64,000 bases of DNA from an uncultured Eubacteriales bacterium (lineage in GTDB: Bacteria > Bacillota > Clostridia > TANB77 > CAG-508): positions 15,616 to 79,615 of the forward strand of contig CASEIV010000012.1 in assembly GCA_949288175.1 (NCBI GenBank), written 5' to 3'. A model generated the notes under the pieces. It did not search any database. It had not been told where the DNA came from and was given only the letters and a program-made list of their open reading frames with translations. The translations under genes and the position numbers were made by a program. This document shows positions 21,074 through 30,009 of the stretch, one piece after another. Position 1 is the first letter of the stretch, and every line of letters starts with the position of its first letter.

Positions 21074-21976
21074 ATGGAGAATGAATTGAAAATAATAAAT
21101 ACTGAAGAAATAAAAAATTTAATATATACAATAAGAGGAAAAGAAGTAATGTTAGATAGTGATGTAGCTATGCTATATCATTATGAAACTAAAAATGTAA
21201 ATAAAGCTATGAAAAGAAATATTGAAAGATTTCCAGAAGATTTTTGTTTTCAATTAACTGATGATGAATTCAAAAATTTAAGGTTCCAATTTGGAACCTT
21301 AGATAAAAAAGTTAATAATGGAAAAGTTACAAGAAAATATTTACCATATGTCTATACTGAGCAGGGAATATCAATGCTTGCAGGAGTATTAAAAAATGAT
21401 ATTGCTGTTCAAGTTAGTATTAGTATAATAAGAGCCTTTATTGAAATGCGAAAATTTATATCTTCAAATTCGCAAATATTTGAAAGATTAACAAATGTGG
21501 AATATAAATTATTAGAACATGATAAAAAGTTTGATGAAATATTTGATAGTTTGCTAAAGAAAGAAGAGTTTAAGCAGAAAATTTTTTTTGAAGGTCAAAT
21601 ATATGATGCATATAGTCTAGTAATAGATATTATAAAAAGAGCTAGAAGAAAAATTATAATAATTGATAATTATATAGATGATAGCATTTTAAAGATATTA
21701 GTAAAGAAAAATAAAAATGTAGAAGTAGTAATATTAACTTCAAAAAATAGTAATATTTCAAAATTGGATATACAAAAATTTAATAAAGAATATCCCATTT
21801 TGAAGGTAGCAAAAACAGATAAATTCCATGATAGATTTATTATTATAGATAATAAAGAATTATATCATTGTGGTGCTTCGATAAAGGATTTAGGTAAAAA
21901 ATGTTTTGGAATAAATAGAATAGATGATATAGAAATCATAAATAAATTTGTAAAGATGTGTAGAATAGCTAATTGA
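21074..21976 (+). CDS. ORF6N domain DNA-binding protein with C-terminal PLD-like (HDRF) domain
   Basis: IRGKEVMLDSDVA.LY, KRNIERFPEDFCFQLT, YTEQGISML; IIDNY and FHDRFIIID. Confidence 0.88.
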   Translation: MENELKIINTEEIKNLIYTIRGKEVMLDSDVAMLYHYETKNVNKAMKRNIERFPEDFCFQLTDDEFKNLRFQFGTLDKKVNNGKVTRKYLPYVYTEQGISMLAGVLKNDIAVQVSISIIRAFIEMRKFISSNSQIFERLTNVEYKLLEHDKKFDEIFDSLLKKEEFKQKIFFEGQIYDAYSLVIDIIKRARRKIIIIDNYIDDSILKILVKKNKNVEVVILTSKNSNISKLDIQKFNKEYPILKVAKTDKFHDRFIIIDNKELYHCGASIKDLGKKCFGINRIDDIEIINKFVKMCRIAN

Positions 21977-21997
21977 AGAGGTATAGTGATGGAACAC

Positions 21998-22031
21998 AAA
22001 AACTCAGAAGTTTTAATACTTCTGAGTTTTG
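21998..22031. terminator. Bidirectional terminator between ORF6N gene and rpsI
   Basis: aaaactcagaag...cttctgagtttt. Confidence 0.8.
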
Positions 22032-22038
22032 ATATTTT

Positions 22039-22440
22039 CTATCTCTTACTAAATTGTGGAGCTTTACGAGCTTTTTTAAGACCGTATTTCTTTCTTTCTT
22101 TCATACGAGGATCTCTTGTTAAGAATCCGTTTGATTTTAAAGCTGGTCTGTATTCTTGATTTGCTTCATTTAAAGCTCTAGCAATACCATGTCTAATTGC
22201 TCCAGCTTGACCTGTGAATCCTCCACCTTTAACTGTGCAAATAACATCATATTTAGAAGTTGTATTTGTAACTGTTAATGGTTGTCTAACGATAACTTTT
22301 AAAGTTTCTAGTCCGAAGAATTCATCAATATCTTTACCATTGATTGTTATTTTTCCATTACCTTCAACAAGTCTAACTCTTGCTACTGAAGATTTTCTTC
22401 TACCTGTACCATAAAAAACTACATTTTCTTTCTTAGCCAT
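22039..22440 (-). CDS. rpsI: 30S ribosomal protein S9
   Basis: [12 protein letters not shown]...[25 protein letters not shown]. Confidence 0.98.
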   Translation of the reverse strand: MAKKENVVFYGTGRRKSSVARVRLVEGNGKITINGKDIDEFFGLETLKVIVRQPLTVTNTTSKYDVICTVKGGGFTGQAGAIRHGIARALNEANQEYRPALKSNGFLTRDPRMKERKKYGLKKARKAPQFSKR

Positions 22441-22441
22441 A

Positions 22442-22879
22442 TTATTTTACCTCCCATACTTCTGGTTTTTGTGCTTGGTTTTCATGTTCACTACCAGCAT
22501 AAACTCTTAATTTTTTAGCCATTTTTCTACCTAAAGAGTTATGTGGTAACATTCCTTTGATAGCTAATGTCATAGCTTTTTCTGGATTTTTTTCAAGCAT
22601 TACTTTTGCAGGAACTTCTTTCATTCCTCCAATATAACCAGAATGATGTCTATAAACTTTTTGATTTAATTTGTTACCTGTTAAGACAACATCTTTACAA
22701 TTAAGGATAATAACATGATCACCCATATCAATGTTAGGTGTATATGTTGGTTTGTGTTTTCCTCTTAATAATTTTGCAGCTTCTGTAGCAACTCTACCAA
22801 GTGGTTTGTTGGCTGCATCAATAATATACCATTTACTTTCTACTTCATTTGCTTTTGCACTATATGTCGTATTATTCAT
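22442..22879 (-). CDS. rplM: 50S ribosomal protein L13
   Basis: WYIIDA..KPLGRVA...[11 protein letters not shown]; rplM-rpsI order. Confidence 0.98.
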   Translation of the reverse strand: MNNTTYSAKANEVESKWYIIDAANKPLGRVATEAAKLLRGKHKPTYTPNIDMGDHVIILNCKDVVLTGNKLNQKVYRHHSGYIGGMKEVPAKVMLEKNPEKAMTLAIKGMLPHNSLGRKMAKKLRVYAGSEHENQAQKPEVWEVK

Positions 22880-22987
22880 GATAATAATACCCTCCTATTA
22901 TTATAATTTATTTATATGAAATTTAAATGTAAAACCACCGGGGAGAGATTTTATATTTAAATCATATTCTAATATAATTGCTAAATA

Positions 22988-23016
22988 ATTTTAATACAAA
23001 AAAGCCAAAATGTCAA
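22988..23016 (-). promoter_or_regulatory. Sigma-A promoter of rplM-rpsI
   Basis: Minus strand TTGACA-17-TAAAAT. Confidence 0.75.
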
Positions 23017-23246
23017 TAATTTTAAGAAAAAAATTCAAAAGTATTGAATAATTTAGTAATTAAATTTATAATTAATTCGTACAATTAAAAAGAAACAGAT
23101 AATAAAATTCATTTTTTTGTATAGGAAAACCTTATATAAAATCAATCTAAAAGCAGATTTTTCGTACACAATAAAAATACATCACATGATGTACATAAAT
23201 AAATGATATATAAATAAGAAGAATGTAAGAAAACAGGAGGGATTGG

Positions 23247-24885
23247 ATGACAGACACAGCAGAAAAAAAAGTTTCTAGAGGAAAAAAAGAAACTTTTATG
23301 CAGGGAATTGTTACATTAATATTCTCGCAATTGCTAATAAAACTGCTTGGACTTGTATATAATTTATATTTAACAAATAGAGAAGGATTTGGGGATCAGG
23401 GAAATGGGATTGTTTCAGCAAGTTATCAAATCTATGCAGTATTATTAACCATTTCTTCAACAGGTGTACCAAATGCTATATCAAAATTAGTATCAGAAAG
23501 AGTGGCGGTAGGAGACCATAAAGGTGCTTATCGAATTTTTAAAATAGCATTTGCAACATTTGCGGTTATTGGTTTAATTGGAAGTTTAATGCTATTTTTT
23601 GGAGCAGGTTTAATTGCTAATCAATGGTTACAAATTCCAGATGCAGAGATGACAATGGTGGCATTATCACCAGCAGTATTTTTTGTAGCGATTTCATCAG
23701 TTATGAGAGGATATTTTAACGGAAGACAAAATCTAAAGGTAACAGCAAGATCACAAACTTTGGAGCAAATTTTTAAAACAACACTTACCATTATATTAGT
23801 AGAGATTGTTGCAATCATTTCTAATACATCAACTGTATGGATGGCAGGAGGAGCTACACTTGCTACAACACTTGCAACATTTGTAGGATTTAGTTATTTA
23901 TATTTATTCTATAAAACAAGAAGAAAAGAAATTGCTTCAGAAATAAGAGAAACAGTTAATTATAAATATGATAGAGTTAGAAACATTGTAAAAAAGATTT
24001 TATTAGTATCTATTCCAATCGCACTAACTGCGATTATGTCTTCTTTAAATAAAAATATAGATTCTTTTACAGTTGTAAGAAGTCTAAAACAGTTTATGAG
24101 TGAGGATATGGCGGTTACACAATATGGAATATTAGGAGGAAAAGTAGATACTTTAACAAGTTTACCATTATCATTTAATGTTGCCTTTGCGACAGCATTA
24201 GTTCCAGCGATATCAGCTGCTAAGGCAGTAAAAGATTATAAATCAATAAAACAAAAATCAACATTCACACTATTAATGTCTATGCTAATAGGACTTCCAT
24301 GTACAGTTGGAATGTGCATATTTGCTGGACCAATACTAAATTTGTTATATCCAAATGCAAGTTCAGGAACACTTGTCTTACAAATTAGTTCTTTGACAAT
24401 TATTTTTACAATATTAGACCAAACAATCAACTCTATTTTACAAGGATATGGAAAATTAAGAATACCAGCAATTGCTTTAGGATGCCGGTGTGATTGTAAA
24501 GTTAATCTTAAATTTAATTTTAGTTCCAATACCTTCCATAGGTGTTAATGGAGCAGCTATTGCATCAGTAGCATGTCATTTAGTAGCATTTATGATATCC
24601 ATTACAGCTTTAAAAAGAACGATAAAATTAAAATTAGGCGTTAGAAGATTTGTTATAAAACCAATATTAGCAACAACTATTATGGGAATTTGCTCATATT
24701 TTATATATTCTTCACTTTTAGGAATAATTACAGAAAGTTTGGCTACAATAATAGCAATAATATCTGCAATCATTATTTATGCATTGGCAGTTGTTGTATT
24801 ACATGTGTTCTCAAAACAAGAAATAAAAATGCTACCTGCAGGAAATAAGATTTGTATGATATTAGAAAAGTTAAAAATATATTAA
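23247..24885 (+). CDS. SpoVB/YabM/MurJ-like polysaccharide flippase, +1 frameshift at CGG 24486-24488 (joined ~545 aa)
   Basis: IKLLGLVY, GVPNAISKLVSE, RGYFNG, LVPAIS, ILQGYGK; continues GVIVKLILNLILVPIPSIGVNGAAIAS in +1 frame. Confidence 0.88.
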
Positions 24886-25006
24886 ATTTTTAGAAAAAAA
24901 GAAGGATTTTATATATTTTTGGCGAATAAATTTATATAGTAGTACATTTATTGCCGTTCTAAAGCAATAAAAGTACATAACATTATACTTATAGGAGGTA
25001 ATTTAA

Positions 25007-25279
25007 ATGAACAAAGCTGAATTAATCGCAGCAGTAGCTGCAAAAACAGGTGACACAAAAAAAGCAGCTGAAGAATCAGTTAATGCATTCGTAGAAGTTG
25101 TAACAAATGCTTTAAAAGAAGGAGATAAAGTTCAATTAGTTGGATTTGGATCTTTCGAAGTAAGAAAAAGAGCAGCTAGAAAAGGTAGAAACCCACAAAC
25201 TAAAGAAGAAATCAAAATACCTGCATCAAAAGCTCCAGTATTCAAAGCTGGTAAAGCATTAGTATATATAAATATATGA
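25007..25279 (+). CDS. hup: DNA-binding protein HU with atypical last residues
   Basis: [33 protein letters not shown]. Confidence 0.95.
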   Translation: MNKAELIAAVAAKTGDTKKAAEESVNAFVEVVTNALKEGDKVQLVGFGSFEVRKRAARKGRNPQTKEEIKIPASKAPVFKAGKALVYINI

Positions 25280-25290
25280 ATCGATAGTAT

Positions 25291-25334
25291 AAAACGACAT
25301 ATAAGGATTATAAAATTACTTATATGTCGTTTTT
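25291..25334. terminator. Bidirectional terminator between hup and aspS
   Basis: aaaacgacatataag...cttatatgtcgtttt. Confidence 0.8.
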
Positions 25335-25336
25335 GT

Positions 25337-27094
25337 TCATTTTTTATCAATCATAATGTGAACATCTCGTAATTGGTCACGTCTAACAATACTTGGTGCA
25401 CCCATCATTAAATCTTGTGCTTTACTATTTAATGGGAATGCAATTACTTCTCTGATGGTATCAGAATCAGATAGCAACATAAGCATTCTATCAATTCCAG
25501 GTGCAATACCAGCATGTGGAGGAGCACCAAATTGAAAGGCTTTATATAAAGCACCAAATTTATTTTTTACTTCTTCTTCTGTATAGCCAGCCATAGTAAA
25601 GGCTTTTAACATGATATCAATATCATGATTTCTAACAGCGCCAGAAGAAAGTTCAATTCCATTACATACAATATCATATTGATAAGCCAAAATGTCTAGA
25701 GGATTTTCATTTTCTAATGCTTTTAAACCACCTTGTGGCATTGAAAAAGGGTTATGGCTAAAGCTGATTTTTCCATGTTCATCCAATTCAAACATTGGAA
25801 AATCAATAATCCAGCAAAACTTAAAGACATTATTATCAATTAAACCAAGTCTTTTTCCAAGTTCGTCTCTGATTTGTCCTGCTAAAGTTTCAACTACACC
25901 AGGAACTTCGGCAATAAAGAATAAACAATCGCCTGGTTTAGAATTTGTTCTTTTACACATTTCTATTCTGGCAGTATCAGGAATAAATTTGGCAATAGGT
26001 CCTTGAAAACTTCCATCATCTAAAATTCTTAGCCAAGCTAGACCTTTTGCTTTTAAATCTTTTATGGCATAATCTGTCATTCCTTCGAAAAAGCTTCTTG
26101 GCTCATTAGCTACATCATGTGTAGATATGATTCTAACAATTTTTCCTTGGAAAGCACGTAAATCTACATGTTCGAAAATATCTGTAACATCAACAATTTC
26201 CAAAGGATTTCGTAAGTCAGGTTTATCTGTTCCATATTTTAACATAGCTTCTTTATATGGAATTCTTGGAAATGGATATTCTGTAATTTCCTTATCAGAA
26301 AACTTTTTAAATGTGTTGTAAATGACAGGTTCTATTGCTTGAAATACATCCTCTTGTGTTGCAAAACTCATTTCCATATCTAATTGATAAAATTCACCAG
26401 GAGCTCTGTCAGCTCTTGCATCTTCATCTCTAAAACATGGTGCAATTTGAAAATATTTATCAATACCAGAAACCATCAATAATTGTTTGAATTGTTGAGG
26501 AGCTTGTGGTAAAGCATAAAATTTTCCAGGGTGCAATCTACTCGGAACTAAATAATCTCTAGCACCTTCTGGTGAAGAACTTGTAAGGATTGGAGTTTGT
26601 ACTTCTAAAAATCCTTGCTTAATCATCTGTGTTCTCAAAAATTGAATGACATTTGCTCTTAATAGTAAATTATTTTTTAATCGATCATTTCGTAAATCTA
26701 AGAAACGGTATTGTAATCTTAAATCTTCTCTGGTTTCTTGGTTGGTATTGACTTCGAAAGGAAGATTTTGTGTCCTTTTTCCTAGAATTTTAATATCTTC
26801 AATTCGAATTTCTACTAAACCAGTTTTTAGTTTAGGGTTAATCGTTTCTTCATCACGCTTTTTTACTGTACCATATACAGTAACTGTAGATTCAATTGGA
26901 ATATGTGAAGCAAAATCCACATCTTCAGCTTTTCCTGAGGTTACAACTTGTGTGATTCCATACATATCACGAATATCTAAGAAAACCAAACCTCCTAAAT
27001 CTCTAATGGTTTGAACCCAACCACTAATTCTAACCTGTTTTCCCACATCTTCTAATGTGATTTCATTACAGTTGTGTGTTCTGTACTCATTCAT
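25337..27094 (-). CDS. aspS: Aspartate--tRNA ligase
   Basis: YRTHNC, PEGARDYLVPSR, ALPQAPQQFKQLLM, FRDED, GAPPHAGIAPGIDR. Confidence 0.97.
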   Translation of the reverse strand: MNEYRTHNCNEITLEDVGKQVRISGWVQTIRDLGGLVFLDIRDMYGITQVVTSGKAEDVDFASHIPIESTVTVYGTVKKRDEETINPKLKTGLVEIRIEDIKILGKRTQNLPFEVNTNQETREDLRLQYRFLDLRNDRLKNNLLLRANVIQFLRTQMIKQGFLEVQTPILTSSSPEGARDYLVPSRLHPGKFYALPQAPQQFKQLLMVSGIDKYFQIAPCFRDEDARADRAPGEFYQLDMEMSFATQEDVFQAIEPVIYNTFKKFSDKEITEYPFPRIPYKEAMLKYGTDKPDLRNPLEIVDVTDIFEHVDLRAFQGKIVRIISTHDVANEPRSFFEGMTDYAIKDLKAKGLAWLRILDDGSFQGPIAKFIPDTARIEMCKRTNSKPGDCLFFIAEVPGVVETLAGQIRDELGKRLGLIDNNVFKFCWIIDFPMFELDEHGKISFSHNPFSMPQGGLKALENENPLDILAYQYDIVCNGIELSSGAVRNHDIDIMLKAFTMAGYTEEEVKNKFGALYKAFQFGAPPHAGIAPGIDRMLMLLSDSDTIREVIAFPLNSKAQDLMMGAPSIVRRDQLRDVHIMIDKK

Positions 27095-27204
27095 ATTTAC
27101 TCATTCCTTTCTTAAGGTATAAATCCAGTTAGAAAAAATATAATTATTTTTCAACTGTACCTCTTTTAAATTTGTCAGAGCATAATTTGTATCCGAAAAA
27201 GGGT

Positions 27205-27420
27205 ACAAAAAAACGCCCTTTGCAAAATTGCAGGGACGAAATAAATCCGCGGTACCACCCAGCTTGAAAACTAAATAAATATATGAATCTATTTAATTTT
27301 CCACTTTATTAAAAAATGCTCCAATGTGTTTCACAAGTTTAGGTTGACCTTAAAGGGCTTTCAGCCGGTGACCCTTATTCTCTAAAAGTAACTTCTAACT
27401 GCTTTCATTGTACAAACGCA
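27205..27420 (-). promoter_or_regulatory. T-box riboswitch leader of aspS
   Basis: Minus strand AGAGA...GCTGAAA stem I motifs, T-box GGGTGGTACCGCG, terminator hairpin with U-run. Confidence 0.9.
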
Positions 27421-27445
27421 AACATATTTTAAAATGTTAACTATT

Positions 27446-27474
27446 ATTTTACACAGTTTATGCTATTTTGTCAA
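27446..27474 (-). promoter_or_regulatory. Sigma-A promoter for T-box-aspS
   Basis: Minus strand TTGACA-17-TAAAAT with TG. Confidence 0.75.
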
Positions 27475-27507
27475 GAAATATACATCAGAAATTTTAAAGA
27501 ATCACCA

Positions 27508-27718
27508 AATTGTTGATAGTGTTTAGTATGAAATTCCTGGAAAGGTATATATATTATATTTTTCGCTATCCCAACACGCTACATACTGTTAATAAATCAA
27601 CTCCCACGGGACTGTCGTTGATTTATTAACAGTATGTAGCGTGTCGGTCCCCCCGAAACCCGCTTAAAATATAATATATATATCTTTCCAGGAATTTCAC
27701 ACTAAACAGTAACAAATT
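27508..27718. repeat. Long palindromic intergenic element, third subfamily
   Basis: Outer ~43-bp arms tgtttagtatgaaattcctggaaag... and perfect inner 28-bp arms acacgctacatactgttaataaatcaac / gttgatttattaacagtatgtagcgtgt. Confidence 0.88.
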
Positions 27719-27719
27719 A

Positions 27720-27971
27720 TCAAAGACTTTCTTTTTTTACATCATCAATAATCGTGGCAGAAATAATAAAGCTCATAGCAAAATTTAATCCAAGTACAAT
27801 TCCTAAAATTCCTATATAATAAATAATTGGATATGTAAAAAATAGCATATATGTAAGTAAAACCATTGCTGAAAGTAAACAAATGATGAAAGAAAAAGAA
27901 AGACCGATTTTCAAAATATGTGATATTTTTTTATCCAAATTCTTATAATTTTGTATTAATATTTTAATCAT
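27720..27971 (-). CDS. Small two-TM membrane protein, unknown function
   Basis: gaggtg RBS; two hydrophobic segments. Confidence 0.6.
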   Translation of the reverse strand: MIKILIQNYKNLDKKISHILKIGLSFSFIICLLSAMVLLTYMLFFTYPIIYYIGILGIVLGLNFAMSFIISATIIDDVKKESL

Positions 27972-28130
27972 AAATGAAACACCTCTATTCATAAAATACT
28001 ATATCTATCGTAACATGAAAGCATAGGAAAAACAATGGAAGTTTTAGCCAATCATTTTAGAAATGATTGAAGGATTTTCAAAGTAGTGATATAATAAAAT
28101 AGAATTGAAAATAAAAAATGGGGAAGAAAG

Positions 28131-28961
28131 ATGTATATAGAGAATAATAATCGATTAAAAGAGTTAGTAGAATATATAGAAAAAAATTTAACAGAAGAAA
28201 TTGAATATAAAGACTTAGCAAAAATATTAGCAGTAAATGAATATACACTTCATAGGATTTTTAGTTTTGTTACCAATATAACACTAGCAGAATATATAAG
28301 AAAAAGAAGACTAAGCATGGCAGCAATTGATTTATTAGAAAATAATGAAAAAGTGCTAGATGTAGCAATAAAATATCAATATGATTCAGGAGAAGCTTTT
28401 GCTAGAGCCTTCAAAAAAATGATGGGATTTTTGCCCAAAGATATTCATAAAAATAAAGATAATATAAAATATTTTCCGATATTAACATTTGAAGAATTAA
28501 GTGAGGAACCAAAAGAATTAAAATTTGAAAAATTAGAAAATGTTAGTTTTGATTTTTACACAATTAGTAAAAAAGCAAAATTATATAATCTTGCAGAAAA
28601 AACACCAGATTTTTGGAAAAGTGTCTATACAAAGGGAGATATTTTTAAGGGAAATGCATATGGACTTGTAAAATATAATGTATATGATTATGATGAAAAT
28701 AGTGATGTTACATATTATATTGCAAGTAAAGAAGCTTTTGAAGGAAGTCAAAAATACAGTATTAAAAATAAAAATTTTCTTGTTTTTGAATTAGATATAG
28801 AAAAAGACATAACCGTAAAAAAAGCTAAAGATATAGGCGTTTTTACACATTATATATATGCCAATGTTATTCCGGGTTCAGGATATAATTTAGATGATGT
28901 ACCAGATATAGAAGAATATATTGACTTTAAAAAAGTAAGAATTTATATAGCTGTTATATAA
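28131..28961 (+). CDS. AraC-family regulator with effector-binding domain
   Basis: EYIEKNL, EYIRKRRLS.AA, YQYDSGEAFARAFKK..G..P. Confidence 0.9.
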   Translation: MYIENNNRLKELVEYIEKNLTEEIEYKDLAKILAVNEYTLHRIFSFVTNITLAEYIRKRRLSMAAIDLLENNEKVLDVAIKYQYDSGEAFARAFKKMMGFLPKDIHKNKDNIKYFPILTFEELSEEPKELKFEKLENVSFDFYTISKKAKLYNLAEKTPDFWKSVYTKGDIFKGNAYGLVKYNVYDYDENSDVTYYIASKEAFEGSQKYSIKNKNFLVFELDIEKDITVKKAKDIGVFTHYIYANVIPGSGYNLDDVPDIEEYIDFKKVRIYIAVI

Positions 28962-29064
28962 CCAACTATTTTTACAAATAGTTGGTTTTTTAGCAAACAA
29001 AAAACAACTTTCTATTAATAAAAAGTTGCTTTCAATAAAAACTATGCATAATCTTTATTTAGCC

Positions 29065-29331
29065 TTAAGCCATAGCTGCATTTAATTTTTTTGATAAACT
29101 AGATTTTTTTCTAGCTGCAGTGTTTTTTACAATAACACCTTTTGTACAAGCTTGATCTATTTTTTTAGTTGCTTCAGAAAATAGAACTTTAGCTTCTTCT
29201 ATATTTCCAGCTTCAATAGCTTCTTCAAATTTTCTAACAGCTGATTTATATCCAGATTTTATCATATTATTTCTTAAAGTTTTTTTCTCAATTACTTTAA
29301 CTCTTTTTTTAGCTGATTTAATATTTGGCAT
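29065..29331 (-). CDS. rpsT: 30S ribosomal protein S20
   Basis: [11 protein letters not shown]...KNTAARKKS. Confidence 0.97.
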   Translation of the reverse strand: MPNIKSAKKRVKVIEKKTLRNNMIKSGYKSAVRKFEEAIEAGNIEEAKVLFSEATKKIDQACTKGVIVKNTAARKKSSLSKKLNAAMA

Positions 29332-29553
29332 CTATAAGCACCTCCTCTTAGTCAATTATTCATTATAACATCTGATATTCTAACATATTTTTTTATGAAA
29401 TGCAAGTAAATTTTATAATTTATTATTGTATTATAAAAAAACTTATGATATATTTTTATATAGGAGAATAAAAACGAATGTATAGGTCTGTCCCTTTTGT
29501 TTCATTTTGAAACGATTTGGCACGTCCCTATCGTTCCAAAAGGAGGAAGAAAA

Positions 29554-30000
29554 ATGATAGCGATTGGTTGTGATCATGGAGGATTTAAATTAAAAGAGGA
29601 AATCAAAAAATACTTAGATGAAAAAGAAATAAAATATATAGATTGTGGTTGTATGAATGAAGAAAGAGTGGATTATCCTAATATTGCAAAAGAGGTTGCT
29701 CTTTCTGTTCAAAAAGGAAAAGCTGAAAAAGGAATATTAATTTGTCGTTCTGGTTTAGGAATGAGTATTGTAGCTAATAAATTTAAAGGAATTAGAAGTA
29801 CACCATGTTATAATGAAGAAACAGCAAAATTTTCAAGATTGCACAATGATAGTAATGTGTTAGCTTTAGGAGCAGATTATGTAAGTGTGAATGAGGCAAT
29901 TTGTATATTAAGAATGTGGCTTGCAACAGAATTTGAAGGTGGAAGACACATGGAAAGAGTTAAAATTATTGAAGAAATCGAAAATGAAAATATGAAATAA
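29554..30000 (+). CDS. rpiB: Ribose-5-phosphate isomerase B
   Basis: IGCDHGG, DYP, C.SG.GM...ANK, HNDSN, FEGGRH; ATG after aggagg. Confidence 0.93.
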   Translation: MIAIGCDHGGFKLKEEIKKYLDEKEIKYIDCGCMNEERVDYPNIAKEVALSVQKGKAEKGILICRSGLGMSIVANKFKGIRSTPCYNEETAKFSRLHNDSNVLALGADYVSVNEAICILRMWLATEFEGGRHMERVKIIEEIENENMK

Positions 30001-30009
30001 TATGGAGGA

